A stretch of 64,000 nt of DNA from Phallusia mammillata (taxonomy: Eukaryota). Positions 62,801-64,000 of the stretch are shown here, one piece after another. The stretch's first letter is position 1; the number at the start of each line of letters is the position of its first letter. The stretch lies in NCBI GenBank assembly GCA_965637545.1, contig OZ281494.1:31558001-31622000 (forward strand), read 5' to 3'. The notes under the pieces were generated by a model that was not told where the DNA came from, searched no databases, and saw nothing but the letters and a program-made list of their open reading frames with translations. The translations under genes were made by a program, and so were the position numbers.

Positions 62801-63998
62801 CGAGCAAACCTGTGGTGAAGAATTCGAATTTGCTCCTGGAACAAAGTCCAGCGCTCCTGATGCGGATTCAGATGATGAGAATGATGAAGATGGAGAATAC
62901 GGGGATCAGAGTCCGAACAAGAGAGCTAAGATGGATGGAGCAAGAAGAAAAGTGAAATTCAGCATCAAGTTCAGACCTAAGCCTTATCAGAAGGTAATTT
63001 TAATTAATAATAGAAACTGCTTTAAATGTAGCTGAAACAAAAACTCAACTTGTAATGATGACAACAGCTAAAATATTTTTCATCTTTGTAAACAAAACAC
63101 GTTGTAACGTCATAATATCACTGTTCACGTGTATGACGTCACAAGCTTGTGGCGCAAAACGAAAGCTCAAACATCCATGAAACTATTGGTTTATTATCAT
63201 TTTAGGGTGATATCGTTGAGTTTGAAGCGACCATGAAGAATGTTGGCCGGTTACCGTGCAAAATTGAGCCGGGATTCGAACCCGGAACTGGAAATCTAAC
63301 TGTGTACGTCACTAATCCAGAAGGTGTGGTCAAGGTAAGCTTCAACGTCTTAAATATGCTGTTTCATATCTTTATTGTCTGTTGTCATCTTCGACCTTAG
63401 GTTTTGTGCATGATATAGTAAGTTCAACGTCGTAAGAGTATTGTTTCATGTCTTTATTGTCACTTTACGCTGTCCACAAAATGCAATCTCTTCATTTTGT
63501 AATTGGTCGTAACCTTGCTCAATAGTTCAGCAAACAAATAGTTAATTCTCCAAACTGGCAATATTTATTGTGCCTTTAGGAGTGCTTGGAAGTTCGGCTT
63601 GATTCGGCATCACCTGACAAACTATGATTTATATTTTGTATCGTGATCATTGGTTTGCATAAACGATTTAGCGCGTATTCCAACAATAAAAAAAAAATTA
63701 AGTTTAAATTTTGGGCAGCTTTTCGCCACTAGAAAAAGGAATGTGTGGTAAACAAAATATTGTTACTGGGCTAAACGTGTTTGAACATTTTCACAGATAG
63801 CCAATCCGCTTGTTCGCACTATCGACCCGCCAACTCGTCGCTTTGTTATTTTGGGGAAACCCGGAAGTCGAGAAAACTCTGACACGTACTGCGAGGTGGT
63901 TCCCCTTTTACAGTCCTCCAAGGGACCTCTGTTCAATAAGATTGGAACTTATGTTGTGAAAGCTGTGTACGAAACCACTGGATTTAAACTCACTTCAG
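56893..63998 (+). CDS. Metzincin-type zinc metallopeptidase-like protein without a signal peptide (bacterial-like); continues beyond the right edge
   Basis: Exons: 56893-56941, 57099-57249, 58259-58493, 60249-60419, 60659-60849, 61204-61331, 62196-62332, 62784-62993, 63206-63334, 63797-63998 (534 codons, all junctions GT-AG and phase-consistent). Zinc motif HECGHCLGLSHP at 61286-61321, Met-turn SWMNY at 62213-62227. A beta-rich N-terminal domain precedes and an Ig-like C-terminal domain follows. Confidence 0.9.
57567..57729 (+). mobile_element. tRNA-headed SINE copy (head+body, no tail)
   Basis: Near-identical to the reverse complement of 11215-11380, with the same A/B boxes and body ccttgccatatggtggtgaatgcttg...gggcctggcgtact. 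Confidence 0.85.
57976..58112. repeat. ~46-bp imperfect inverted repeat (fold-back) in intron 2 of the metallopeptidase gene
   Basis: Left arm aagtttaatggtaaaaataacggcccatatatagacgtaaaaagc. The right arm reverse-complements to aagtttattggtgaaaataacggcccatatagatgtaaaaagc. Confidence 0.85.
59787..60091. mobile_element. MITE of the cagagttgtaag family (hAT-like)
   Basis: TIR cagagttgtaa / ttacacctctg; TSD attgttga / attggtga; multiple gcccga motifs. Confidence 0.75.
61586..61828. mobile_element. Truncated copy of the 20753-21035 MITE family
   Basis: Starts cagtgattctt. Internal gcggcacact.cgcaggtaaacata...gaaacattgtcatgcacac...cactttaaaata.agaatatttcgc is shared with 20800-20995. Confidence 0.75.
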
Positions 63999-64000
63999 GT

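Noticed and set aside
63269-63285. Perfect T-arm/B-box hairpin CCGGG-TTCGAAT-CCCGG on the minus strand
   Set aside because: It lies inside a coding exon (EPGFEPG). No convincing A box, D arm or acceptor stem; most likely coincidental.

Overview
AT-rich, intron-dense eukaryotic DNA from an invertebrate animal. My best inference is a tunicate/ascidian, based on gene structure, repeat types and protein similarity from memory; no search was run. I reconstructed four multi-exon protein-coding genes by hand from GT-AG junctions with phase continuity. (1) A minus-strand HELZ2-like gene (~40 exons, ZC3H7-like zinc fingers + SF1 helicase + PAM2-like motif + RNB exonuclease) that runs off the left edge. 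(2) A plus-strand ~720-aa protein with an N-terminal DEATH domain, a TRADD-N-like domain and an unrecognised helical C-terminus. (3) CCDC40 (20 exons, 973 aa) with an RFX X-box promoter. (4) A plus-strand, signal-peptide-less metzincin (HECGHCLGLSHP...SWMNY) that runs off the right edge. It carries a serralysin-type signature and resembles bacterial hypothetical metallopeptidases, so it is a candidate domesticated horizontal transfer. Introns hold many hAT MITEs with 8-bp TSDs, a tRNA-headed SINE family (one copy with a twin-priming-type 5' inversion), a DINE-1/HINE-like element and probable LINE 3' fragments. No rRNA, CRISPR array or confidently functional tRNA was found.
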